Notes under the pieces: model-generated
Database searches by the model: none
Told to the model about the DNA's origin: nothing
The model's input: the letters and a program-made list of their open reading frames with translations, nothing else
Made by a program: the position numbers and the translations under genes
DNA from: Balanoglossus misakiensis
Lineage: Eukaryota > Animalia > Hemichordata
Assembly (NCBI GenBank): GCA_040954595.2
Contig: CM082576.2
Location: 730,648-794,647 of the forward strand
Reading direction: 5' to 3'
Length of the DNA: 64,000 nucleotides
Shown: positions 1 through 40,159 of the stretch, piece by piece
How positions within the stretch are numbered: position 1 is the first letter of the stretch
Layout: each line of letters opens with the position of its first letter

Positions 1-162
1 TACTCAAAAATTCCACAAGTCTTTCTAGCAGTTTTAAATTTATTAAATTCAACTCAAATCATGGTAATATTCAACACAAAATTTCATGTAATATTGGGAA
101 AGTAGACGCATATTAAAACCTAGGTCAAATTGGAATTGATTTGAAACATGAAATTCACATAC

Positions 163-27306
<27,144 letters not shown>

Positions 27307-29385
27307 GATTGCTTGTAATATAACACGATTTCCTAAAAATCCCCAAACCGGCTAGCTCAAGACCACACGAGAACCGAAGGACATCACTGTAACGTTATGC
27401 TGCAAAAATACACCATACACAGAGATCGGCCGCGCGTCCTCGGATGTACCCGCTGACTTGCTCTCTCTCCTGGAATTTTCACTGCCGATTACGCCACTTG
27501 TGATATTTTTGCATCCTATTCCATCATCACTAAGTCCTCAACTCCCTATTTCTCCGAATTGTAAGAATATTTGATCAACCACGATGCTATTTTAACGGTA
27601 GTTTCCAAAGCATTCCACTCCTCGATAAAGTCTGGGCTAGAAAATAATGGCCGATACGATACGCATTGAACTGTGGGAACACCTACGAAAGGGCGACTGC
27701 GTGCAGATGATCGATGATGATGTCAGCCTATATTAGCATAAATTATAGACATGCCGCTGGACGAACACGCAGGGAACGAGCCCGTACATGTGCATGGTTT
27801 TATTTTCTGACCCTTTTTTCGATGTTTTTCTTTCTCGATAACTGTTACCAAAAGCTATGTATGATAACTCCAATATATAAGGTGTTAGCCAACTATATCA
27901 AATAGTGTATTCAAATATGAAAAAATAAGCAATAATGTACTTTTTAGTCATAAAATATTCCCAGCCGGGAAGCACTTCAAGTTGTCAAAACTGGTTCCTA
28001 GTGTAAGTCTTGATACATTTTAGCGTTTATATAAAGCAGTGAAAATGTGACATGAACATACAACAGTATTAAAGATATCCATCAAAGGCCTGATTTTTCT
28101 GTTCGGGCCCATGATGATGCAGACGTTTATGTTCCAAGATCCTTCACCTTCGGACGCCGGACGCGCGCTGGTTCTTTCTCCCAACAGCGTCCTCAATGAT
28201 CAGACTAAGCGAATTTATACTTAACGTTTACCCTAAGATCTGCACTGAGAGTGTTTTTGGCAGGGTTGTGAGTTTTAAAGGGGATTTCTTTAATAAAAAA
28301 AATATTTTATAATTATAAGCAAATAGAGAATTCTTTTCCCATCAATGAAGTTGTATTAATCAAGTGACAGTGTGACATTTTCAAACATTTTTCACCATTT
28401 TCATTGTATTTATTTATTTGTTTTATTTAATTGTTTATTTACATAAGATTCATGTCATTTTATCCACTTAATCATAATTATTGATTCATGTAATTCACTT
28501 TTATTTGGGCTCCCGAAGTATTCAATCAACCGTATCCAACGCGTTCAGAATATTGCTGCTAGAATTGTAACTCGTTCTAAAATCACCTGTCATATCACTC
28601 CAATTTTGTATCAGTTGCACTGGCTACCTGTTACAGAGCGTATTGTTTTTAAGATGTTAGTTCTCATTTTTAAATCCATTCATAAACTTGGTCCAATCTA
28701 TCTTTCTAGCATGACTAATCTATATGTTCCATGTCGCAATTTAAGGTCAGCTGATCAGTTCAAACTCTGCCCTGTTCGATCACGCACCAAGAGTTATGGT
28801 GATCGTGCTTTTACTGTTGCTGCTCCAATTCTTTGGAATAATCTTCCACTCACCATTCGCCAGGCACCAGACTTATCTGTTTTTAAATCAAATGTTAAAA
28901 CTTTACTTTTTAAATCTGTTTTTTAGCCATTTGTTGTATTGTACTTTTGCTTTAAGCGTCATTGATCACATTTTTTTTTGTGGATACTGACGCTATACAA
29001 ATAAATTATTATTATTATTATATTATTATTAATTATGATACCATAAAAGGGGTGGCAAAAAGTTAATCAAGCGGGTTAATAATTTATTAATAATTTATAT
29101 TAATAATATAAGAAATTCATGAAAAAGAAAGATTGATTATGTTGATTGGGTGATCGTTGATAGCTAAAATACACCTGCAGTAAAATTTATCATCTTCTGT
29201 GCAAATGGTTTGAATGAAGTTGACCATGAGACGCTTATACGTGGCCGTCACAGTCACAGTCGGTTGAGCACCCCTCCCCATTAATCCTTTTTACCAACCA
29301 CCCCGCCACAATAATGGAATTTTCCAAAAAAAAGGTCACAAGGTAAGGTCGTTCCGACTCTCACTGCACTTTCAGCAGACGAAAG
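27307..29385. promoter_or_regulatory. Divergent intergenic/promoter region between MRCK and TXNDC16
   Basis: The ATGs face away from each other about 2.08 kb apart. There are CpG-rich patches at about 27.3-27.8 kb and 29.2-29.7 kb, with the L2 fragment between them. Confidence 0.55.
28480..29030 (+). mobile_element. 5'-truncated L2-clade LINE (3' end of ORF2, 3' UTR and (TTA)n tail)
   Basis: Open frame IDSCNSLLFGLPK...RIQRVQNIAARIV...HITPILYQLHWLPV...YGDRAFTVAAPILWNNLP...VKTLLF-stop (28926), typical of the L2/CR1-group ORF2 C-terminus. The 3' UTR has a stem-loop (AGCGTCA 28955-28961 pairing with TGACGCT 28988-28994) followed by AATAAA and TTA repeats. Confidence 0.9.
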
Positions 29386-32300
29386 ATGGCAGCATCACGG
29401 AAGTGGATCTGTGTGTTTCTTCTGCTAGCTTTCGTTGGAATCGCAGATGGAGCGACGTCGACAATTGACAGCCTTTTCAACAGGTTGACTGTGCAAGAGT
29501 TTGCCGAATTTAAAAAGTCACCGCTCGTTAGAGCCGTCTACTTCTACAAACAAGGTGAAGTATAGCGATTCAATGTGCGATCACAGTGCGAGTCTTCACT
29601 TGATTGGTGTTGACACGTCACAATTTCGTCTGGTACCATTGAGGTTGTAAACACTTCCGTGTTTGTGTACGCATTGTGAAGATCCAGTACTCATACTTTA
29701 ACGTGGCGGAGAACATTCACTATATCAATTTCTTTTTCTCTGAAGTGCTTCCATTGAAAAAACAAAAACAAAACAATATTATAATTATATTTGCAAGAAG
29801 TTTAAAATATCAAAGTATCTTTAAATCGTTCCATTGAAAAAAAAATCATAAAATATTACATTTTCAGGAAGTTTAAAATATCAAAGACTCTTTAAACTAT
29901 GTGCAATATTTTTTTCAACTCACCCTTGTGTAAAAATAAATGCAGTGTTCTCCCAAGTAAATTTCTGATACAGTATCATCTAATTTGCATAATAATATAA
30001 TTTAATTGTTATCTGCTGATACTCTTTAATTGTTCTGGGGAGAACACTGAAATCATGTTATGTACTGTAATTGTTCATACTTGTTCGCTGCCCCCTTTTC
30101 ATTGATTATGTTTGATACAATACACCGTTTATGTTAATGAATATGTGGATATATAGTGAATCAACGTTCGACGACACACAACTTGAATCCCACTTGTAGA
30201 CACGAGAGTGAAAAACTTGCCAAGATGAATAATCGGTGTTTACCATTTATTCATTTTGGTGAGATTTTTACTCTCATATCCTACAAATGGGATATGGTGT
30301 CACAATTACTCTGGGTCACCAATGTTCTGGTGAACACAAATTACTAGCCTCCAGGCACAAATAATAAAGATAGAAATGTCTCTGAATGATGGATTTCATG
30401 TTGCCTGTCTGTGTGAAGCTTTTCCTCTGTATTTTACTCATCTCATGTGACACTGACAGACTATCTTATCCATGCACTTTAATTTTCTTTTAGATGTGCC
30501 AACTCTGCAGAAATTCTTAAGTGACTTTAAGGTTGCATCTGAAATACTCAATGATTATGGTGTCAGAACAGCAACTGTGAGTACAACTACAAGTATCATC
30601 AGCATTTGTAAGATTTGCTTGACCTGTACAAATGAATGTATACTGTTTCATGAAAAGGGCAACATCATGATTTGTAGCCTACCCTCTGGTTGGTGTTCTA
30701 TGGCCATAATATTGATCATCAATGGTAAGAGATTACCATCCCATTTGGCAGGTTACAAATCAGGATATTGACCTTGTATGTTATCATGCATTATTGCTGT
30801 ATTTATTTATATAAAATTTTTATCTTTCACTTATCACCATTACTATGGTAACATGTTAACAGATAAACTGTCAAGACCAGAATGTCAAGGAGTTCTGTGA
30901 AAGAAGACATCCAATCGAGAAAAGTGTCATCATTTTCAAGTATGTACAGCTCATTATTTTCAGTCTTCTACCCTTAGCACTCAGGCTGCCGTCATTGTCG
31001 TTGTTTTTCCCGTTAATAAAGACACGCGCCCGTCTAATTCAATGTGTTTTCTTTCAATACAAATTGGGGTGCAATATCATACAAAAACTGGCAAAAATAA
31101 TTTTATGTACAAATGTATGTCATTAAAATATGAAGACATGACTTGTGGGTTTTTTTCGAGACATTTCAGATACATGTATCTTTATCCTCGTTATAATTTA
31201 TCGTTCAATTCTGCTGCTTCAGTACTTGCCAAAATTTAAAAAATCCTGTAGTATAGATTTTACTCGGTGATCTTATATAAACATGATTTTGTTCCAGATA
31301 AAACAGCCATGCATATTTGAATTCTAACCCTGGTTAGATTGTGCCTCATTTGCCTTAACCTAACAAGTGTAATTGCACACTGTAATGAGGTACACTGTTC
31401 AACTACTGAATGCTGAGACAAGTCTGAGTGCATGATGTGTGTGTTTTTCCATTCAACAAAGCAGTCACCATTGTATGGTGATATTTGAGGGAAACACACA
31501 AGAGTTCTAATTATTGATCTCATCAGTTTTAAATTACATGTCTGCATTCGATCAATATTAGAAAATTTATTTCAGGTGAACTGTGCATAGAATAGTGTTT
31601 CAGTTCAAATATTAAGAACCTAACAAACATTTCTCCTGACTGAGTAAGAAGTCACAATCTAGTTTTGATATTCCATAATCACTATGAGCAATATTCATTA
31701 TTTCAAAAGAAATTACACAGTCTCAGTAAAAATTACACAAATTCCTGTGTATTAACTCACGATCATTCATAGTTAACTTAATTCTGAACTGATCAGCTTC
31801 AATGGCTAAACACATCACTCATCATCTGGTAATTTGTAAAAAAAAATGAGCAATGCATATTACCTTATCACTGTATGCCTTTACTATTCCACCAAAACCA
31901 GAAAAAAAAATTTAAAAGCAACGTCTGTAGCTGTCTATGTGTTTAAGATCTGCAAGGTGATGCAGGAACTCTGTCCTGAAATGTCACAGTGCATTTCGCA
32001 GAAAACACATTTGATGAGAGTCGCCATAACAAGAAATCCTCACACCTCAGCGAATATTTGAGGAAACGCCAGCAGGTGAAATACCATGGGATCAGATTAT
32101 CTGTCCATCAAGACTCCACTGGAACGGTGTTCTGCCACAGCAAATCACACCATTGCCATAGCAACTTGATTAGAGCTCAAAGTGCAATGAACTGAACATT
32201 GATATGCATTAAAATAATGAAAATCAGTTGTGATATCATCATTATATTTGTTTGCTGCCTATTCATGATTACATGACAATCAATACCTGATGCAGCACAA

Positions 32301-35300
32301 ATTTTTACAATTAATGATATCCAGTTCTTTTATCTTGTTCATTTGAAATTTAAAAAATACTAAATTACTTTAATGGCAATGAGTTTAAAAAATGACAATC
32401 CGGGGTTGGAAACTAATCAACTAATATTACTCCTTTTGTTTTATTAGGTATGGAAGTGTAATGACGGAGATCGGCCTAGATGCAATGTACTGTGTTGATG
32501 CCATGATGTCCAACATATTACAGTTAGTATCATATATCTCTTCTTAGACTGTAAACAGCCATTCGTGCTGTTTTGGCCGTTGCTTTAATTGTGTCCTATC
32601 TATCTTTGCAAAGGTGTTCCCATATAGATGGCACAAGCCTGTGACACTCTGCTGTGACATTCATGAAACACTGAATTCACACAGACCTTGCTCATGATTA
32701 TGCTAAAACTGCTTGCAACGCTAATTTATAGACAAAGAAGGTACGAGTGACTGCTGACACTCTAATCTCTCCTGTGTAAAAGGAATCACATTGTAATATC
32801 GGTATATCCACATTATCTGTTTCACTTCTTTCCTGTTCCCTTCCCAAATACAATAATTATATTGTCCAGTTTTTAAAACAAAGGTTAAACATTTCAGACC
32901 TGAATTTCTGTATTGTACCGGTATGTTTGTTTAGTGTCAGTCAGACTCTATAAGCCATTACAATTTTTCAAAGCAGTATAATTTATTCAAACAAAGCCTA
33001 AGCACTTTAAAGAAAAAAAATCATGTGTTTGGTTTTGTGACAGGATTAATGAAAACTGGATGAGCTAATTATTGGCACCATCTGCATGTAGTCAGGTACA
33101 ACAGTCAATATTCACTCTGAGATTGCTGTATGTTAATGCCTAATATGTATTTGCATAACTTCATTATCTTGTATAATTCTGTGTGCAATCTATGAAAACC
33201 ATAGAAGCCGTAAATTATACCAATTTATTAATAACCTTCAGTTTCAAATTTCCTGTGAACCTTCAGTGCAGTTAATTTATTGTCTGTTGAAGCTTCCTAA
33301 AAAATTTCAATTTTCAATTATATTACACTTCTTGTGTCAGTCTCCCTCAGTGGTATAAATTATTGCTTTTATCAGATTATGTCTGTTTTCGTCTTTGTCA
33401 GCATACAACAAATCTAAAACATCAGAAGTCTGTCCCCTTGATATCTGTACATCAAAGAAGTGATGTAATAGTGTTATTGATGCTTGGTTTGTTAAAAGGT
33501 CAGACTGCTGCTGTCTATGTAATATCATGCTGAAAAATGTCATAGCTACCTGTAATTTGACTGGTGAAATTAATAGGCAATTTAAAAGAGGGTAAGAATT
33601 CTAATGAAAACCTGATATGTCCTGGGAGACCAGTGCAATCTTAGATAAAAACCAATAAATGCCAGACTCTAACGGTATTAAATTTAACAAGACATGCGTT
33701 GTCAGCCAATATCTCTGATTTTTTATCACTTTTTAGGATGGTACTTCTTGGTGAAGTTCCCATTGTCCAGACTAAAGAAGAACTGGAAACAATGATGCAG
33801 TTGAGTAAAGGAGGAAAAGATATCTTATTTTCATATCAGAAAGCTGTGGGTACCTATGGTATGTATATTTCTAATAATCCATGTCATAAGCATATAGATT
33901 GATAACATGCAGGAAAGAGCAAGGGGAAAAGATATATTACATTTTGTATATGCTATTACAGTTAACGCACTGTCAATTTGATTACCAAGAATGTTATCAC
34001 AAGAAAAAATCATATACTTTTTTGTCTTTGTAAAACAATTTCCTTGTTTGTTCTTATTCTTGACAGAACATAGAATATTCCTAGAAGTAGCATTTGTTTA
34101 CAGTCAGCGATACAAGTTTGCATTTACAACAACTCCTGAAATTGTGTCAGCAATTAGGTAAGACTGCAAACCAAAGAGTCTAAGATTATTGTTTACAAGA
34201 ATTTACCATTTTTAGATACCTAGTACAGAATGCAAGAATGCCAGCATTTCTTTGATTTTTAACTTCCATGTTTGTTTTCCACAGTCAAACAGAAGTGCGT
34301 ACAGCAGCAATATGGTACTTACAATGTAAGGTAGCAACCAGCAATCAGCCTTGTCCTATTCTGAGATATACTGGACCAATGAACTTGGCCACTTACTCTA
34401 GATACATGAAATTAATCAGTGTACCCAATGTGGTAAGTTTACATCTCACAAAAAGTCACAGCTAAAAACAGTCCTTTAAGTAAATTGCAATTCTTTAAGA
34501 ATCTGCAGGAAAATTGTAAATTTGAAGCAAAGAATCAAAAAGTGTTATCTGTTAGATAGCATTCTATTACAGGGTAGTGATATCAGAAGTCCTGACATTT
34601 GTTATTCATTTGCATATAGATTGACCTAGCACCTGGTGAGATGACCACACAGTTTCAGGATCTGAAAATGCATCAGACATTTATTTTCACTGACACACCA
34701 TCATACAAGACAACAAAAGAGATAATATCAGAAATAAGTCAGGAGTTCATTGGTTTAATTGGCTTCTCCATTGTGAATATGTAAGTAGCTCCATTGTCTT
34801 TTGAGATGATGTAACCATGGTGTTGTAACAATGCATTTATTGTGATTTTATTCTCAACTCGCCACATACAGAATACAGCATATTCATTTAAAAATAACCT
34901 AAACATTCAATAATAATTTCAGAGAGAAAATGGACCAGAAAATGCTTCATTCACTTGGGTTCAACTCTCAAGAAAAAACTGTACCATCTCTGGCTTTCCT
35001 GCCATCTGAAAGTGTAAGTTCATTTCTTTCACTTGGAAAGTCCTAAAGGACATGAACCAAGTAAAAAGAAAGTCCAAAGTTCAGTAAATCATGTATGTTT
35101 AATGTGTCGAAAATGAACAAAATAATCAAAATTAAATGAAAAGTTTCACCAGGAGAGCTGGGGACATGGATACAACAATAAATGTAACACTCTTTGACAG
35201 AAGAAGTTTTATTTGTTTGGTGCCTTACAATTAATTTTTCTCATTTTTTTTAACTCACAGGATGAATTTAATTTCATGAGAATCAAATTTACAGAAACCA

Positions 35301-38300
35301 ATGTCAAGAATTTCCTGAATGATGTCTTGGAAAGTCTGATTGAAATAGATGAGGAAAGTGACAGACAAGCAGATGAGGGAGAGTTTGATGATGATGATTT
35401 TGGAAATGATATCTTTGACGTGCCACGTAAGTTTTGATGTTTACAATAATGAGCTATTAATATATACCGGTAGATCTCAGCTATAGTTTAATTCTTTTGT
35501 GGCCATATTGTCATTCATCTTTATTATTGACCCCTGTAGATTGCTATTGATATGAAAGTCAGTTCTCCTGTGTTTTCCAATTATATTCTGATCCGTCTTC
35601 CAATATTGTCATCTTCCCTCCCACTGCAGCTGAGGAGATACAGGATGATCCCATAGAGGAAGATGCCTTCCGGATTCGACACAAGAAATTTGACACATCA
35701 AGTATTCCTGCTCTTACGGACAAGACTTTTCCCACAATATTGGAAGAGAAGGATCTTGTTCTTATCATGTTTTATGTTCCATGTAAGTACATGTTATCAT
35801 AGTGATGTGGTCTGACACTTCAGTGCCTGCTGATCCCGGTTGTTGAAATTATGTGTTTACATGGTTGATACTTGCTTTGATTGTGTGATTGACAATTTGC
35901 TTTGATTTCTCAACAGGGAATCCTGTTACTCAAGTCTTCATGCAATCGTACAACACAGTTGGTAAAATCCTGTCAGAACAAAATGCTGATCAAAAAAGTC
36001 CACTTGCTAGAGTGGATTGTTCTGATTGGCCTGATGTGTGCGAGAAGAACAATGTGACAAAATACCCAACGTTTCTACTCTATAAAGATCACAAGTCGAC
36101 TGATGAGTATGTCGGAAGATTAGAAACACAAACCATGTTGAAATATATGATGCTGTGAGTTTATCACATAGTTGTTTACTCATTTTGTATTGCCTTCAGT
36201 TCCTCTGTGTTAGTGTCTGTTAAAACAAATCCATTTGTGCCAAATATACAATAGAATTTGAAATCCAAATCTCTTTCTTCATGGCAGCACATTCGTGTCC
36301 TTGGAAAAAATCCTTGTTTTTCCCTTTAGAAATTAGAGTTAATACCTTGTCATAAGTGACACGCATATCACGGGACCTGCAGTTGAAGATATCTTTAATG
36401 AACAAGAGCGCTATTTTAAGTGGAAGTCTGTCAAGGCAAATCCCTCCTATTATCTGATCACCTTGGCAACAAGATGGTATATTTTCCTTTTAGACATGCA
36501 AGTTCCAATCCCGTTACCTTGACAACAAAAGAGGAGGCTGAGTTATTCATGAATAAACAACTTCCTGCTAATTTACCAGAGACTGTAGAGACACTAGTTC
36601 TTGGTCTTTTTGCTGATGATGCTAACAAAGGTGAGATAAAGACAAAAAAACATCTGGTTGCATCATGATGTGTTTGTGCCAAAATCTTGCACAGATTTTG
36701 ATATTGCCTTGTAGAAAAAAAAGTGAGATTCCAATATCCTGACCTACGGTACAGGTTACAACCACTAACTATACTTTTAGGGCTTCAAGGATGTGGAAGG
36801 GAAACCATACGACTCTTTAACCATGGCTAATTCTTTCACAAACACAGAAAAAGAAGCTTTTACATCTGCTGGGGCCATATTGCAAGGGAAGTTTCTTCTT
36901 GGTTCAATTGTAGGCAGTATTGCCAAGGAAATGTAAGTTTAAGATCAGTTCAATTTATATTTCAGATTTCATACTCAATAAAAGTCAGCTTTGATACTGT
37001 GCTTACTATGCAGCTTTTTATTTCAGACTTGCTTATCATAAAAGATAACCTGGTAACATTTCTACAAAATTTACCTCACTTTGGGGGATATAGCAAGACA
37101 TTTGTCTGGTGCAAGCATTCTGCTTTGGTAAATAAACTGTCACCATTGTGAAAATAGAGGAGATGTGCATATGAAGAGGCTTGAGATGGAGACATGATTT
37201 ATTACTCATCACACTTCAGCATGCACAGATACTGAAATACTGTGAACATTTTCAACAAGGCTCTTTTTTTCTTTCTTCCCAAATGTTTTGCATCCAGATC
37301 TCCAAAATTTGACACTGGTGTGTCCAGCATTGTTGTCATTAAATTCAACGATAAACACAGTGCACATGCTGTGTTGCAACAGGATCTAACAACAGATAAC
37401 ATAGTGGATTTCATTCAAGAAGCAAGTCTGCCAGTATACGTAAGATTTCTTCCAATAATTCTTGTTCTTATTTTGTGAACACTGTTTGTATATAATCAAG
37501 TATCTGAAGTATCTTAACTTCAATGTGGATAAATTTTCATTTAAATGTTTATATATACAGACTGAGTTGACACCCCAAAACTTCATGGAGTACCAGTCTC
37601 TACAGAAACCATTCTTGATTCTGTTTGGAATCACGGATGACATCCAGGGTGAGACAAGCAAAGCATTAGCAGAGATTGCCAAGAGTGGCCAGCTAAGAAA
37701 CATCATCTTCTGCTACATGAATATGTAAGTATCATTACATGTGCATGATGCTTACATGAAATCTTTGCAGATAGGGGCATAGGGAACTAATTTCTAGCCA
37801 TAGGACAAACTGGTTTCCTGGGGTAAACTTCATTAGTCAAATTCATAGCGCCAAAGTACAGGTGTGGAGAACTGCTGTGAAATCAAGATGTTATACAGTC
37901 ACAACCATGCATTGATCAAAATAATTAATTCACTGTTTTATGATCTTCTTTGTTCATCAACAGTGAAAGTGAAGAATCCCTAGGAGGCTTTATTCTGCAG
38001 ACTTACATGTCAGAGGCATCTTTGCCTGCATTAATCCTTGTCAATCATGACGAAGGCAAACTGTACAATTATCCCCATCCATATGACATGAGTAAGGCTG
38101 GAATCACAGAGTGGTTACATAAGATTGGACAGGGAAATAAGATCACACCCACTGGTAAGTGTTGTGGTCTTGTTTGGTTGATTGACATGTTGCTATCGCG
38201 CTTGTAATGTCTGTTGCTGGCAAGATATTTGGATAAATACAGCCTTGTGTTGTATTTCTCGTAACAAAACCTATCCAACCCGTGTATATAATGGTTGAGC

Positions 38301-38772
38301 CATGCAACAACAACAACAACAGCATTTTGTGGTGAAATGGTCTGGTAGAAAGCCAAGTTTGCTTTTTGTCACCACAAAATGAATAATGATTGACAAGTCT
38401 TATCTCTGTCATGTCTTCAGTAAATACCTATTCTGGGAACAAATCAGATTTATGTTGAAATTATATTTTGTAAATTGAATTTTAAAAATTGTAAAAGAAA
38501 GCAAGAATCATGAAATGTCTTGCACAAAAAACATTGCTGACATCTGTGTCATTATTTTCTACTCACAAGGTGAATTGATTGATGGGAAATGGAAACCTAT
38601 GATGGCAGGCTATGACTTCTTGTCTTTCATTGACTCTGATCAAAAAGATGATGAGAAGATTCCAGAAGATAATGGAAACATTGTTAATGAAACACCTCAA
38701 GGAGGCAGATTTATACGACCAGTTGCCAAAACTGAGAGTCAGGGTCGTCGACCAGTACATACTGAACTATAA
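29386..38772 (+). CDS. TXNDC16: Thioredoxin domain-containing protein 16 (ERp90)-like, non-catalytic PDI-family ER protein, 831 aa
   Basis: Exons: 29386-29554, 30494-30576, 30863-30939, 32448-32522, 33737-33858, 34067-34157, 34285-34432, 34620-34780, 34923-35013, 35261-35426, 35630-35782, 35917-36154, 36494-36630, 36848-36932, 37298-37439, 37561-37724, 37964-38154, 38570-38772, phases continuous. Signal peptide MAASRKWICVFLLLAFVGIADG. TXNDC16-like segments EHRIFLEVAFVY, QDDPIEEDAFR, FYVPWNPVTQVFMQSY and RVDCSDWPDVCEKNNVTKYPT. No CxxC at the thioredoxin active-site position. Ends in HTEL. Confidence 0.9.
29749..29896. repeat. Degenerate tandem duplication, 2 copies of about 75 bp
   Basis: TTCCATTGAAAAAA...GAAGTTTAAAATATCAAAG..TCTTTAAA occurs twice in succession in TXNDC16 intron 1. 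Confidence 0.7.
29943..30049. mobile_element. Small MITE-like remnant with hAT-like terminal inverted repeats
   Basis: CAGTGTTCTCCC at 29943-29954 and GGGAGAACACTG at 30038-30049. The flanking 8-mers match only partly (AATAAATG / AAATCATG). Confidence 0.45.
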
Positions 38773-39944
38773 CTCCCACATACATTGAATGTAACACAGA
38801 GTTTACAAACAAACAAAATTCATATTTCTATCAGATGTCTGAGTAAAAAGAAGAGCCTACACTTTCCACCAACCACGATACAGCTGCTGCAAACAAATTG
38901 CAACACACAACTGAAGCAACACCTCATATAGCTGAGATTCAATCCAATTGTTTCATATAGTACTACAGTTGTATAGTTGCACCCAAATACAGGGATCATT
39001 AGGCTAAAGTATTAATTAAGACTTCGCCATACATGGTGAAATTTGAATACAAAAAAAACATATCATTTTCTGTGTTTTATATACATGTAGGCTGTTGGAT
39101 AGCTGGATTTCTGGTGTGGAGTAAATAGTCAAAATAATGCACAGTCCTGTCCCTCACTGTAGCATTCGATCTGAATGAAATACTACACTGTAAGAACAAT
39201 GTTTGTATTGCGTCAATTTCTTCATGTCATTGTAACTGTACACAGGGCATTTTGGTAAAATGTCCTTGTCTATTGAAATGCTTCCTTTTCTATTTATTTA
39301 TTAAAGCCCAGCAGATTTTAAGAAATTTATATATTGTATTTGTGAAAGAGAGAACTGTGAACTGTAAACTTTCACACATATCACCAAAGTTATTCAAACA
39401 TTCAGTGAGAGATGAGAGTAATCAAAACTAGAATTTTTTCAGGCATTTTACCCCAATTTTACAAAAACTGTAACATTTTGATATTTTTACCCTTTTTTGC
39501 CATGTCAAATTTTTCTGAATGTTTCAATTGTTTAACAGGAAAATGTGTCTGCGCTTTGAAGAGAAAAAAAAAACGAAAATGGCTTTTACTAAATATATGA
39601 ATGACTTTAAAAAGTAGTATTTGTAGCATAATTATGTGCAATATTTTAACCCAGCGTATCTTGCCACTCTGCATATCTTGCCACTGTTTGACTTGTCAAT
39701 CATTGCTTGTTCTAAGAAATTCTAGCATCTCAAATGACGATGTACCATCACTATAGTAGTAGTGATCAGTTGTCCTATGATTGTCACATTCCAATTATTT
39801 ATTCTCACACCGCTACCCAATCAGAGTATGTTCCTAGTAGATTAGACCAACCATTCGTTGCGATTTGTAACTGCAATAATCATGATGATTGTCATTTATG
39901 CTCCAAATTGTTGAATGTAGAAGTATGTAATGTTTATATGTTGA

Positions 39945-39950
39945 AATAAA
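39945..39950 (+). terminator. Candidate poly(A) signal of TXNDC16
   Basis: AATAAA about 1.2 kb after the stop codon, just before the opposing signal of CIPC. Confidence 0.4.
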
Positions 39951-40153
39951 AATTATAATTCCTGTAACATGCATATCAGAGAGTGAGCATTTCATTGGAT
40001 AAGTAGAACCACAGTCACACACCTAATCACCACTCACTTTCATCTGGGATCTCTTTACTGGTGTTTATAACATTCTTGAAGTACGACTGAAGTTATGTTA
40101 ATGGTAATTTACAAACTTCACAGACGCAGGAACCAGATGCGAATGTCAATAAC

Positions 40154-40159
40154 TTTATT
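40154..40159 (-). terminator. Candidate poly(A) signal of the CIPC-like gene
   Basis: AATAAA on the minus strand about 1.8 kb after the stop codon. Other candidates exist nearer the stop. Confidence 0.35.

Noticed and set aside
29386-38772. Possible selenoprotein or active oxidoreductase
   Set aside because: I saw no in-frame TGA in the assembled exons and no CxxC/CxxU at the active-site position (WNPVT).
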